This document shows, piece by piece, positions 8,850 through 19,043 of a DNA stretch of 64,000 nt. The stretch is from an uncultured virus (IMG/VR IMGVR_UViG_3300022689_000310). Taxonomy: Duplodnaviria; Heunggongvirae; Uroviricota; Caudoviricetes. The stretch's first letter is position 1. Every line of letters starts with the position of its first letter. The position numbers and the translations under genes were made by a program. The notes below the pieces were generated by a model, which worked only from the letters and a program-made list of their open reading frames with translations, was not told the DNA's origin and searched no databases. The stretch lies in IMG/VR virus record IMGVR_UViG_3300022689_000310, one strand, 5' to 3'.

Positions 8850-10211
8850 TTAATTAAAGTATCTAGGAATAGTTTCTCCTTTATATAATTCACCGGTCTC
8901 ATTCTTATATATTAAATATAAATTATCATATTGATCATCTAATAATATACCTATAATAGGATCTCTTTTATTATTTTTGATTATATGTAATTCTGCTACC
9001 TCTTTTTGATTGAAACTAAAAGTAGTCCCATCAAATCTTTTACCCCAATTATTCTCTTCTTCTATGTCTATCACTAAATCAGTATAAGAGAAATTGAATT
9101 TAGTATTAAGATATACATCATAATGATTACTTAAATCTAAGTTATTATTATTTAAATCTAAGTTATTATAATTATAATTTCCATAACATACCCTTCCTTC
9201 TAAAGGGCATAGATTACCAATATTCATGACATATAATTTATTATATTCATCTAATTTAAATAAGAAACTCTCTTTTTCATTTATATCTATTACAAAAGCT
9301 AATTTAGGAAGTCTTATAGGTTTTATTAATTCTTTTGTTTTTAACTTTTTATCATATATATATTTAATATCTTCTGGAACACTATAAACTGTATGATTAT
9401 CTATTCCATCATTTCTCTCTGTTTCTTTCTTTCTTAATAAACATGATTCACTAAAACAATTAATACCTGCATTACCTCTATTTTTTATATCAATCAAATT
9501 ATCTCCACATAAAATCTCTTCTTCTTTTTCTTTCTTATTCTCTTTAACTATGTTACTTATAAGTTCTACTATATCTTTGATATAATTATTTATAACATTA
9601 TTTAATTCATTATACTCCTCATCTAATGGATTTTTTATTTTATAAATCCAATACAATATAAGTATACATATTTGTCGATAATCATTTAGAATACTTTCTA
9701 TTGTCTTAATACTATAGAGAATACTTCCAGAATACGATTTTATATAATTACAAATTGATATAATATCTAAATTTCCTAAATTTACTTCTAATAATTCTAA
9801 AGTTTTATCATTAAATATATCTAAATATTCTTTATATATTTCATTTTTATTTATGAAACTTTCAAATAATTCTTCCTTATTAAAGTCTGGATTAAATCTT
9901 TTTATATCTATATTTTTATTTTTTTGTATATACATATTAATTTCAATATATATATTCTCAATATAAAGATATATATTATCAATATAACTTTTTATTTTAG
10001 AATAATTTAACGCATATTTACAATTCCTTAACATATAATGAGAGATTAATTCAGAATAATCTAATCTTCTATATAATATTCTTCTAGTATCGTCTATAAA
10101 ACCAACGTATTCAATATCGCATTGTTCATCATATAAATAAATTATATCTAGTCTAATTTGTGTAGCTATAGATATTAAGTTTCTGTTTAACCAATTCTCT
10201 TTGCATTCCAT
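8850..10211 (-). CDS. Cys-motif/helical protein with C-terminal prokaryotic E2-like domain (array member 1)
   Basis: YVGF..RRLD, NCKY, SCLLRK, GNLCPLEGRVCYG, YLNTKFN. Confidence 0.55.
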   Translation of the reverse strand: MECKENWLNRNLISIATQIRLDIIYLYDEQCDIEYVGFIDDTRRILYRRLDYSELISHYMLRNCKYALNYSKIKSYIDNIYLYIENIYIEINMYIQKNKNIDIKRFNPDFNKEELFESFINKNEIYKEYLDIFNDKTLELLEVNLGNLDIISICNYIKSYSGSILYSIKTIESILNDYRQICILILYWIYKIKNPLDEEYNELNNVINNYIKDIVELISNIVKENKKEKEEEILCGDNLIDIKNRGNAGINCFSESCLLRKKETERNDGIDNHTVYSVPEDIKYIYDKKLKTKELIKPIRLPKLAFVIDINEKESFLFKLDEYNKLYVMNIGNLCPLEGRVCYGNYNYNNLDLNNNNLDLSNHYDVYLNTKFNFSYTDLVIDIEEENNWGKRFDGTTFSFNQKEVAELHIIKNNKRDPIIGILLDDQYDNLYLIYKNETGELYKGETIPRYFN

Positions 10212-10238
10212 ATTGTCTAATGAATTCTCTCCAGTAAT

Positions 10239-11648
10239 TTAATCAAGATTAATAACAATATTTCCTGACTTTAAAGTAATACTATTTTTATCTATATTTA
10301 AGTCATATGTCCTAATATTTGTATCTAGTTCATATACAATTTTATATTTTCTCTCAGTATTATTTCTTTTATCTTTTAATCCTATATTATCTACTTCTTC
10401 TAGAAAAGTATTTATATAAGTATTACCACTCATTTCATTATATCGGTAAAGAATATAATCTGAATTTTCTAAAGAGAATTCAGAATTTATATATATATTA
10501 AATGCCTCATCTAATCTTATAATATTATTATAAATCAATTCTTCGGCCCTTTGTATATTTCCCCAACATATTTCACCGTTACTATCAGTATTACCAAAGA
10601 AAGTATTAGTTATATTTTCTATTCCATTTTCTTTGTATAACCTTAAGAAATTAAATTTATCGCATATATCTAAAGTATATAAGTTTACAAATATTCCATA
10701 TGTTTTAGTGTTGACTGTAGAGATATGAATAGTCTTATTATCATTTAAATATTTATTTACAAAAGTACTATAAGGACCCTTTAAATACTTATAGATATCT
10801 TTCTTTACTGCCAATTTACAGTTATATGAATTAAAACTTCTTATATGGGAGTTACATGAGTTAGGGTCATTAGAAGATTTATCTAAATAATCCTTCAAGC
10901 AGTCTACTAATTTAATAGTTTGATCATTTATATCTTTAATAATATTATCTATAGAATCTATATGACAAAGTGTATTTGTAACATATTTAAAAGAAGATAT
11001 TATGTTAATAGTATCATTCAAAAAAGATATTCTTCTATTATGAGAGCTACTATCTTTATATTCATTATTTATACCTGTAACGTAATATTCTAATATATTA
11101 TAAAGATTTAAAATATTAAATATTATATATTTAACTGCATCATTAGAACAAAGTAAAACTGACTGACAAGTTGTAGAGATATTAGATATTTTACCATTCT
11201 GATCTATAAACTCTTTAATTACAAATTCACTATTCTTACGAGTTATAAAGGTGTATCTATATATACCTAAGTTAGATTTTATCTCAAAGGTTTTACTATA
11301 TAAACATACATTTTTATTAAATTTATTTGTAGATATTTTATTTCCATATTTTATATATTCATCTAATATCTTCTGAACTGAATAAGTATACTGTCTAAAT
11401 GGTTCTATTATGATATTATATATATTTAAATCAAATTCATTTGCCATAGAACATTTAGTACAAATATAATTTTTCAGAGGATCTTCTAAATTTAATCTCC
11501 TAATAATATGTATATCTTCTTTTATAAAAAATCCAAAATAGTAATATCTTTTTTTACTCTTATTTTCAGGTGAAATGTTATTATGATTTTTTTGTATTAT
11601 TAAAGGTCTAATCTTAATATTCTCTGGAAGTTTAATCTTAAAGTTCAT
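10239..11648 (-). CDS. E2-like array member 2
   Basis: YFGF..RRLNL, CTKC, NCKL, GNTDSNGEICWG, YINSEF. Confidence 0.6.
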   Translation of the reverse strand: MNFKIKLPENIKIRPLIIQKNHNNISPENKSKKRYYYFGFFIKEDIHIIRRLNLEDPLKNYICTKCSMANEFDLNIYNIIIEPFRQYTYSVQKILDEYIKYGNKISTNKFNKNVCLYSKTFEIKSNLGIYRYTFITRKNSEFVIKEFIDQNGKISNISTTCQSVLLCSNDAVKYIIFNILNLYNILEYYVTGINNEYKDSSSHNRRISFLNDTINIISSFKYVTNTLCHIDSIDNIIKDINDQTIKLVDCLKDYLDKSSNDPNSCNSHIRSFNSYNCKLAVKKDIYKYLKGPYSTFVNKYLNDNKTIHISTVNTKTYGIFVNLYTLDICDKFNFLRLYKENGIENITNTFFGNTDSNGEICWGNIQRAEELIYNNIIRLDEAFNIYINSEFSLENSDYILYRYNEMSGNTYINTFLEEVDNIGLKDKRNNTERKYKIVYELDTNIRTYDLNIDKNSITLKSGNIVINLD

Positions 11649-11669
11649 TATTTATCTTTCTCCATTTCT

Positions 11670-13118
11670 TTATTCATATATATATTCATAATTAGAATTA
11701 TTATATGAAAATCCAATGATACCTAAATCCGAAGGGATTGAAATATTATCTGATGCAATAATTGTTTCTGCTTTATCTACATCATTATGTATCAATAAGT
11801 CATCTGTTAAATATTTATCATTTTCTAAATATATATGATTACCATATATATCCATACTAAATGTAGATTCTAGATATAATGAAAAGAAATTTTGTAAAGA
11901 ATTAGGTTCTTTATCTATTCTAATTAAAATACTCTCTGGTATATCACCCCAACATATAGAACCATTTCTGTAAGTATTACCTAAACAACAATTATGTATC
12001 TCCCAGACTTCATTATATTTAACTCTTCTAAATAAAAATATATAATTTCGTGTATAAAAATAATTTTCAGAAGTATTAATAAATATACCTATATCTTTTA
12101 AATTTACGTAATTCAGTAAATACTTCTTATTCTTTCTCTTACATTCTTTATATATTGAGTTATGTGGAGTTTTAATATATTTAAATTTACTTTCATCAGG
12201 TATCTTTCTTAATAGACAGCCTCTAAAAGAAATAGATCTAGAACATAATTTACAACCATTTTCATTCTTATAAATACTTTTAATTTTATTATTAGCATCT
12301 GAAATGTTAAAATTGAGAGATTTTAAACAATTTTCTACTAATTGTCTTACTGATGGAATAAATCTATCTATAGTAGGAAATATATGTTCTTGTAAAGAAA
12401 CTTGACTATAACCAACTGTTGAATCATATATTACTTCTCTATTAAATAACCCAAGATAATGCAATGAATTGATAGAGATATAACCTTTATTTAATACTAA
12501 TTTAGATATCTTTTCTTTAGACATATTAATAGTTCCTAATATTTCTCTTATAAAGTTAATACCTTTTTCAGCTTCTATACGCGAAAATTCTCGTTCACTC
12601 TGTAAACTTTCTGAGACACCTGAAGGGATAATATCTATTTTAGGATTTAATATATAGTTAACATCAAGACATATGATTTTTCTATTTAAAAGATAAGACA
12701 GGATAGTATTCTTATCATTATTCATATCATTTAATATATAGCTAAGATATGTAGTTTCTTGATAATTAAATAAGATATATCTAATCCCATTATCATATAT
12801 TGAAATATCTATATCTTCTATATGTAATTGTTGTATAAAGATCTCAGACTTATGATGATGTATCAACTTTCTTATAAGACATAAAATATCCTCTATTAAA
12901 ACATTAGATATCCATTCATATATTTCAATAATCTTAGCATCAAAATCTAATGCAAATTTACAGTTCTTACAAAGGTTCCTAGATAAAGAATCAGTTATAT
13001 TTAGTCTTCTTGTAAAATATAAATCACTATTAAAAAAATATCCTAAATAATTAGAATGGCCAATTCTTATAGCAGCGGGATCTGTACCTTCAGGAATTAT
13101 TAATCTATTAGTTTTCAT
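11670..13118 (-). CDS. E2-like array member 3
   Basis: YLGYF..RRLNI, CKNC, GCLL, GNTYRNGSICWG, YLESTFSMD. Confidence 0.6.
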   Translation of the reverse strand: MKTNRLIIPEGTDPAAIRIGHSNYLGYFFNSDLYFTRRLNITDSLSRNLCKNCKFALDFDAKIIEIYEWISNVLIEDILCLIRKLIHHHKSEIFIQQLHIEDIDISIYDNGIRYILFNYQETTYLSYILNDMNNDKNTILSYLLNRKIICLDVNYILNPKIDIIPSGVSESLQSEREFSRIEAEKGINFIREILGTINMSKEKISKLVLNKGYISINSLHYLGLFNREVIYDSTVGYSQVSLQEHIFPTIDRFIPSVRQLVENCLKSLNFNISDANNKIKSIYKNENGCKLCSRSISFRGCLLRKIPDESKFKYIKTPHNSIYKECKRKNKKYLLNYVNLKDIGIFINTSENYFYTRNYIFLFRRVKYNEVWEIHNCCLGNTYRNGSICWGDIPESILIRIDKEPNSLQNFFSLYLESTFSMDIYGNHIYLENDKYLTDDLLIHNDVDKAETIIASDNISIPSDLGIIGFSYNNSNYEYIYE

Positions 13119-13182
13119 TTAAATCTCCATACAACTTATTCTCATTTAATATTGATGTAATTATTTATTAAATGTAATATTT

Positions 13183-14622
13183 TTATTTATATATAAATTC
13201 AATATGTTCATCATCATCATTAAATGACAGTCCAATAATATTAGGGTTTACTATCATAGAAATAGAGCAATTATTAAAATCATTCTTCATAAGAATACTA
13301 TTTAATGAATTTATACCCTTTTTTTTAATTAATTTTGTATCTATATATGTGTCATTTCCCATATAAATATAATAAGTTGAAATATCCATATTAAATATAG
13401 ATACTAAGTACAGTTCAAATAATTTTATTAAACTATTATCTTTTTCATTTAAATCATTAATAGTATTTCTTGGAATATTTCCCCAACATATAGAACCATT
13501 TCTATAAGTATTGCCTAAAAAACAATTATGTATTTCCCATACTTTATTGAAATTAACTCTCTTAAATACATATATATTATCTTGTTTATGGTAGCTTTTT
13601 GAAATATTAATAAATGGACCCATATCAAGTAAGTTAATATATGTATAAAGATTACCACTTTTATTAAAGTTTTCTAAGAATATAGAATCATCTCTTGACC
13701 TAATATATTTATGTTTAAATTTATTAGGTATATTCTTCAATAAACATTCATCATTAAATATTGATCTATCAAACAATTTACAGCCATACTCGTCTCTATA
13801 AATATTTTCAATTTGTATATTAGCTTTATTTAAATACTCTGTTATCTTTTCTAAAAGAATAATTACTGAAGGAATACATCTAGCATTGAATTTATTTACA
13901 TCAGGAAATACATTTCCATTTCCAATACATATAAATCTTTTTATACCTTTATAAGTATAACTTTGTCTAAGATTTATAAAACCACCTATATTAAATACAT
14001 TTAATATATTACTAAACTTTTGTGCTAGTCTATATTCATTAATCGAATTATAACCTTTATAACTAACTAGATTATATAAACACTTTCTACAATTATCAAT
14101 ATATCCAAGTAATTCCATTATAAATTCCTTACCTGTATAATAATAGTTATTTGTACTAATTGGTTCTTCAATACACAATAAAGTATTCAGATTACAACAC
14201 TTAATATTAATTGAAAAAAAGAAGTTTATTTCTTTTAAGTTTATTTCTTTTATCCTTGTTATATAAGTACAATTATTATAATTAAATATAATATAACAAT
14301 TACCTTTATATTCAAAACATTCATTTTGATTAAACAAAATACTATATTTGATATATAAATTATCAATCATTATATTATCAATAAATAAAAATATCTCATC
14401 TATAACTTGATGAGATACTTTTTCCAATACTTCAATAATTTTATTATCAAAATCTAATGCGAATTTACAATTTAAACAAGTATTTTCATTTATAAATCCT
14501 TTTATATTTAATCTTCTAGTAAAACCTATATTCTCTTTATAAAAATATCCTAAAAATGTTTGATCCCCTTTCTTTATAATTGCACCTTCTGTGTTTTTAG
14601 GAAATATTAATCTATTTTTCAT
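13183..14622 (-). CDS. E2-like array member 4
   Basis: FLGYF..RRLNI, CLNC, ECLL, GNTYRNGSICWG, YLVSIFNMD. Confidence 0.6.
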   Translation of the reverse strand: MKNRLIFPKNTEGAIIKKGDQTFLGYFYKENIGFTRRLNIKGFINENTCLNCKFALDFDNKIIEVLEKVSHQVIDEIFLFIDNIMIDNLYIKYSILFNQNECFEYKGNCYIIFNYNNCTYITRIKEINLKEINFFFSINIKCCNLNTLLCIEEPISTNNYYYTGKEFIMELLGYIDNCRKCLYNLVSYKGYNSINEYRLAQKFSNILNVFNIGGFINLRQSYTYKGIKRFICIGNGNVFPDVNKFNARCIPSVIILLEKITEYLNKANIQIENIYRDEYGCKLFDRSIFNDECLLKNIPNKFKHKYIRSRDDSIFLENFNKSGNLYTYINLLDMGPFINISKSYHKQDNIYVFKRVNFNKVWEIHNCFLGNTYRNGSICWGNIPRNTINDLNEKDNSLIKLFELYLVSIFNMDISTYYIYMGNDTYIDTKLIKKKGINSLNSILMKNDFNNCSISMIVNPNIIGLSFNDDDEHIEFIYK

Positions 14623-14650
14623 TCTTTAATTCCATTTCTATCCTTATTAT

Positions 14651-14974
14651 TTATTTTTTCCTTCTATTTTTATAAAGTCCTGGTCTATGTTTAGGAGGTC
14701 TTTTTTCAGGTGCTCTACCAGTCACTCTTTTACCATTACTTCTAGTCCTAACCCATTTACCCCTTTTGACATCTTTAAGATCTTGTCCTTTTAATTTTCT
14801 AACACTTTTAACTTTTTTATTCCAACCTACTGCTTTATGTTTCTTACCTCCTGCAGACACGGGTTTAGAAGATTTATTTACGGCTTGTTGAGGAGATTCT
14901 GCTCTAACTACTATTGGTGTATTTCTATTTCCTCTCCAAACTCCATATACAGAAAGTCTATTTATATAATTCAT
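14651..14974 (-). CDS. Small, highly basic protein (nucleic-acid binding?)
   Basis: 107 aa, very rich in K/R with few acidic residues. Confidence 0.6.
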   Translation of the reverse strand: MNYINRLSVYGVWRGNRNTPIVVRAESPQQAVNKSSKPVSAGGKKHKAVGWNKKVKSVRKLKGQDLKDVKRGKWVRTRSNGKRVTGRAPEKRPPKHRPGLYKNRRKK

Positions 14975-15022
14975 ATTATTATTTATATATGTATGTATAT
15001 ATAGTTGAATAAAATATTATAT

Positions 15023-16255
15023 TTAAATAGTAAATAAATTATCAGAATTTTCATCTGTATATAATAAATCTACTGTACAATCTCTAATTGATAAAAGAAA
15101 TCCATAAGGTTTATAATATGGATTAAATAGATTATTATTTAAATCAAATATAACTTCATCTCCTCTATAATTTTTTAGTACAATTTCTTCTGTATTGAGT
15201 CCTATTTTAAGAAAGTCATATTTATCATTAATCTGAAATTGAATACAAGGATCATGAGAGAAAGGAAATGATAAGTTTAAATAATTATCAATTATTTCTT
15301 TCATATCTAAAAAATTATCTACTTGTATATCACCCCAACATATAACATTATCATATGTTAATTCTTGTGATTCAAAAAGTCTTAATTCATCTTCTACTCT
15401 AAGATATAATCTAGTTCTTGGTATAACATTAATTTCTGAAGGACTACACCTTTTTAAAAAACAATAATTCTTTAAATTTATTGGTCTTATCAAAGTTAAA
15501 GTATTTAAAATCTTATCTAAATCCTTTATAGGTTTTATACACATATTCTCTTCTAAAGGTAAATTAGAGTCTTTTAATAAACAAGATTCATATATAGGGT
15601 AAACTTGTTTAGTACATATCTTACCTTCATTTTCCATCTGATCTAATACATCTGAATTCTTTTCTAATTCATCTTCGTATTCTTTTAGAATATTTTCTAG
15701 TTCTTCTTTTAGATGATCGACTTTAAATATACTCTCAAGAGTAAAAAAGTAACTAGAAAAATGAAATAATGCCATAAAATATGTAGTAATATCATTATAA
15801 TCTCTTAGAAAAACTATATCTTTAATCTCCTCTAAACTAAATAGATCATTTAATAATATAAATTTATCTTCATTTATATGTAAATAAGTATAACCTTTTT
15901 TATCTATATATAAATTCTTACCGATAATATCTAAACTTTTCTTTTTATTAAAATCCTCAATATTCTTATTTATAGGAGTAATATTATCTTCTATAAGTTT
16001 AAAGAATTTATTTACATGATCTTTATGAATCTTATCTATTTTTTCTGTAAGTAGTTCTTCATATCTCTTTTTAAATTTACAATTGTGACAGATATAATCT
16101 TCTGCCTCTTCACTTAAATCTAAACGGATAAAACGACTTAAACTTTGTTCAATAACAAAACCATAATAAGTTGTATAATCATCCAATTTTAATAAGATAG
16201 GTAATATATCTAGACCTGTAGGTAGTTTATAAATAACTTGATCATTATTTAACAT
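15023..16255 (-). CDS. E2-like array member 5 (most divergent)
   Basis: YYGF..IRLDL, CHNC, SCLL, YDNVICWG, YLNLSF. Confidence 0.55.
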   Translation of the reverse strand: MLNNDQVIYKLPTGLDILPILLKLDDYTTYYGFVIEQSLSRFIRLDLSEEAEDYICHNCKFKKRYEELLTEKIDKIHKDHVNKFFKLIEDNITPINKNIEDFNKKKSLDIIGKNLYIDKKGYTYLHINEDKFILLNDLFSLEEIKDIVFLRDYNDITTYFMALFHFSSYFFTLESIFKVDHLKEELENILKEYEDELEKNSDVLDQMENEGKICTKQVYPIYESCLLKDSNLPLEENMCIKPIKDLDKILNTLTLIRPINLKNYCFLKRCSPSEINVIPRTRLYLRVEDELRLFESQELTYDNVICWGDIQVDNFLDMKEIIDNYLNLSFPFSHDPCIQFQINDKYDFLKIGLNTEEIVLKNYRGDEVIFDLNNNLFNPYYKPYGFLLSIRDCTVDLLYTDENSDNLFTI

Positions 16256-16422
16256 CCTATTCTCCTGAATTTAACTCACAAAATGTTTAAGCTTAAATAT
16301 ATATATATTTTAAAGATGATAAATTTAAAGATAGTTAAACGAATATATTGATAAAAGGAATTTAATAAATTTTATTAAATATAAATTTACGTCTAATAAA
16401 TCTTTTTTATAATCATTTAAAA

Positions 16423-17085
16423 TTAATAAGTAGAGTCATCAGAGTTTGCGAGTACATTAAATGCATCTTCTCCACTATCTATTCTTCTTGCATTTATTTC
16501 AGAGATTTTAGATGCTATATTATATTGAGTATCTTCATAAATTCTTTTATATTCAGGCTGTGAATTAAAAAGTTTTAAAGTGTCTTCTATTTTTCTTCTA
16601 TCTCTTAACAAAGCGTAAGTTGTTTTCAAACGGTCTAATTGAGAAGCACTATTAGCTTTTTGAATAAAGTTATTAAGTTTACTAAGTTGTAAAGCGGTAA
16701 ATACCTTACTACTTTCAAGATCAATTAATACTCTTTGGTATTCTTCTTCAAGGATTTCTAATTTAGTTTTAGCAGTTTTAGTTTTTTTCTTTTCTCCTGC
16801 CACTTGATATTTTATCTGTTCTTCTTTTTCTTCAAAGAAATAATCAGTTGCTTCTTTAACAAAATCTACAAAAGTTCTATATCTTTCAGCAATATAAGAT
16901 TGAAGATCCCTATTAGATTCTTTAATACTTTCTATAGCTTCATAGTTAGGAGCTGCATTAATTGAAGATTTCAATGTTTCAGCAAGTGGTCCCTCTCCAA
17001 ATATATTGGCTATTTGTAAATCTTCTTGTGAAGCTTTAGAAGATTTTTCATCTAACATATCTGTAAGTTTATCTATTTCTGACAT
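16423..17085 (-). CDS. Hypothetical coiled-coil protein
   Basis: 220-aa helical E/K-rich ORF with a GAGG RBS. Confidence 0.6.
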   Translation of the reverse strand: MSEIDKLTDMLDEKSSKASQEDLQIANIFGEGPLAETLKSSINAAPNYEAIESIKESNRDLQSYIAERYRTFVDFVKEATDYFFEEKEEQIKYQVAGEKKKTKTAKTKLEILEEEYQRVLIDLESSKVFTALQLSKLNNFIQKANSASQLDRLKTTYALLRDRRKIEDTLKLFNSQPEYKRIYEDTQYNIASKISEINARRIDSGEDAFNVLANSDDSTY

Positions 17086-17261
17086 TAAGTATTACCTCAT
17101 TTATAAGTGAACAAAAGAAAATCTAAAATCAATAGATTAATAATAATAATTATTAACCTAATCCAGACTTCCTTATTTAAAAGTATCTGCAAATTATTCA
17201 TCTTAATCTCTAATGTATAATAAAAATCAAAAAATAGTATAAATAACAATTATTTAATATT

Positions 17262-19043
17262 ATGCCAAGATTTAGAACTTCTATACCAAATCTAGTAGAG
17301 AATTTAAATGCAGATAGAATAGATGGAAGAGATGTAGATGATATGGGTATATCTACTAATGACCTATGGACTGCTGATAAGATTAGGAACTCATCAGGTT
17401 CTTCTTTACAAGCTAATGGAAATGATATTGAATTATTGAATATGGTAGGTAATACATTAATGTCATTAACTGTGCCCTATGCAATAAATGCAGGTTCAAT
17501 AGATGGAATAGACTCTAGCTTTATGATGAAACTAGACGAAGATAATATTCCAACTTTTGATAATCTATATACATTAGGAAATACATCTAATAGATATTCT
17601 AATATATATAGTTATATATTTACTGGAGATTTAGTAGGTAATTCAAGTACAAGTACAACTTTAGAAACTGCTAGAAACATTACTTTATTAGGAGATATAA
17701 TTGAAGTATCAAATACTTTTAATGGTTCTTCTGATATTACTTTTAATATAGGTTTAAATGATAGTGGGGTAGTTCCAGGAGAATATAGTAAAGTATCAGT
17801 AGATAATAGAGGTATAATTACATCAGCTAGTAATTTAGTACCTTCCGATATCATATCTTCGTTAGGTTATATTCCATTAAATAAAAGTGGAGATACAGTA
17901 GATGGAGATTTAGTAGTACAAGGTAACTTAACTATAAGTGGTACTACATTTCAAGTTGAATCAGAACAAATTACTATAGCGGATAATTCTTTATTACTTA
18001 ATTCTAATTTTACAACAGGTACTCCATCTGAGAATTCTGGTATTGAAGTCCTTAGAGGAGATGACACCACAGTTGGTATTAGATGGAATGAATCTAATGA
18101 TGCATGGGAGATATCAGATGCATCAGGAAATTATAAAGAAGTAGCTACAATAGATGGAGGAATACTTAATTCAGATTTATTAGACGGTCTCGATAGTACT
18201 TATTTCTTAGATGCCTCTAATCTTAATACTGGTATATTACCTATAGAAAGATTACCTGGTCTTACGGGAGATATTACCTCTATAGATGGTTCTAACACTT
18301 TAACTCTTAACACAGTACCTATAGAGAAAGGAGGTACTTCTTTAACTTCAGTAGGTCTAGATCAAAGTATCTTAAGTGTATCTGGAGGAGGATTAGTATA
18401 TAGAATTATTAATACATCTTCATTAATAACTCTTACTACAAATACATCTGCATATACTTTAGATATAGGAGATATTGGTTCTATTGATAGAGATATCTTT
18501 CTCTATTCATTATATATCTGGGATAAGAGTTATTATTTAATATTAGATAGGACTGATTCTTGGTATGATATCCCCCATTTTATAGTTGATTCTTTGGAGA
18601 CTGATTCTTTTTCTTATTTATATATAAATAGACCTATAGAATGGGATAGAATTTATAGATTAGCTATGGATATCTCTTTTAATATGAATTCTATATATGA
18701 TCCATTAGACCCTTCTTGGAATGATGGTAGAACAACAGGAGTACTTTGGGTTAGACTTATAAAAGTTTCAGATGATACAATTATCTATAATGATGTAATA
18801 AATTTATCAGGTATGGTATTAGAAAATGACATATATCCATTAATAATAGACATAGGGAATATTTCTATCAATGATAGAGTTAAATTATCTATAGGTATCT
18901 TTTGGGATGAATTATCTGATAGTTGGCCCTCTAGTAATATTAGTGGAGATGGAGTTACAGATAATTATTTAAATTATGGAAGTGAAGTGTATTTAAATAT
19001 ACATAAAGTAGCAATTAATGTTTATGACAGAATGCCTAGTTAG
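17262..19043 (+). CDS. Tail fibre-like protein
   Basis: NADRIDGRD and SDLLDGLDST repeats, LETARNITLLGD, GVVPGEYSKVSVDNRGII, LGYIPLNKSGDT and VPIEKGGT are typical tail-fibre motifs. Confidence 0.8.
   Translation: MPRFRTSIPNLVENLNADRIDGRDVDDMGISTNDLWTADKIRNSSGSSLQANGNDIELLNMVGNTLMSLTVPYAINAGSIDGIDSSFMMKLDEDNIPTFDNLYTLGNTSNRYSNIYSYIFTGDLVGNSSTSTTLETARNITLLGDIIEVSNTFNGSSDITFNIGLNDSGVVPGEYSKVSVDNRGIITSASNLVPSDIISSLGYIPLNKSGDTVDGDLVVQGNLTISGTTFQVESEQITIADNSLLLNSNFTTGTPSENSGIEVLRGDDTTVGIRWNESNDAWEISDASGNYKEVATIDGGILNSDLLDGLDSTYFLDASNLNTGILPIERLPGLTGDITSIDGSNTLTLNTVPIEKGGTSLTSVGLDQSILSVSGGGLVYRIINTSSLITLTTNTSAYTLDIGDIGSIDRDIFLYSLYIWDKSYYLILDRTDSWYDIPHFIVDSLETDSFSYLYINRPIEWDRIYRLAMDISFNMNSIYDPLDPSWNDGRTTGVLWVRLIKVSDDTIIYNDVINLSGMVLENDIYPLIIDIGNISINDRVKLSIGIFWDELSDSWPSSNISGDGVTDNYLNYGSEVYLNIHKVAINVYDRMPS

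Noticed and set aside
11947..13560. Diversity-generating retroelement TR/VR pair
   Set aside because: Mismatches are not adenine-specific, both copies lie in coding paralogues over the conserved motif, and no reverse transcriptase is in the window
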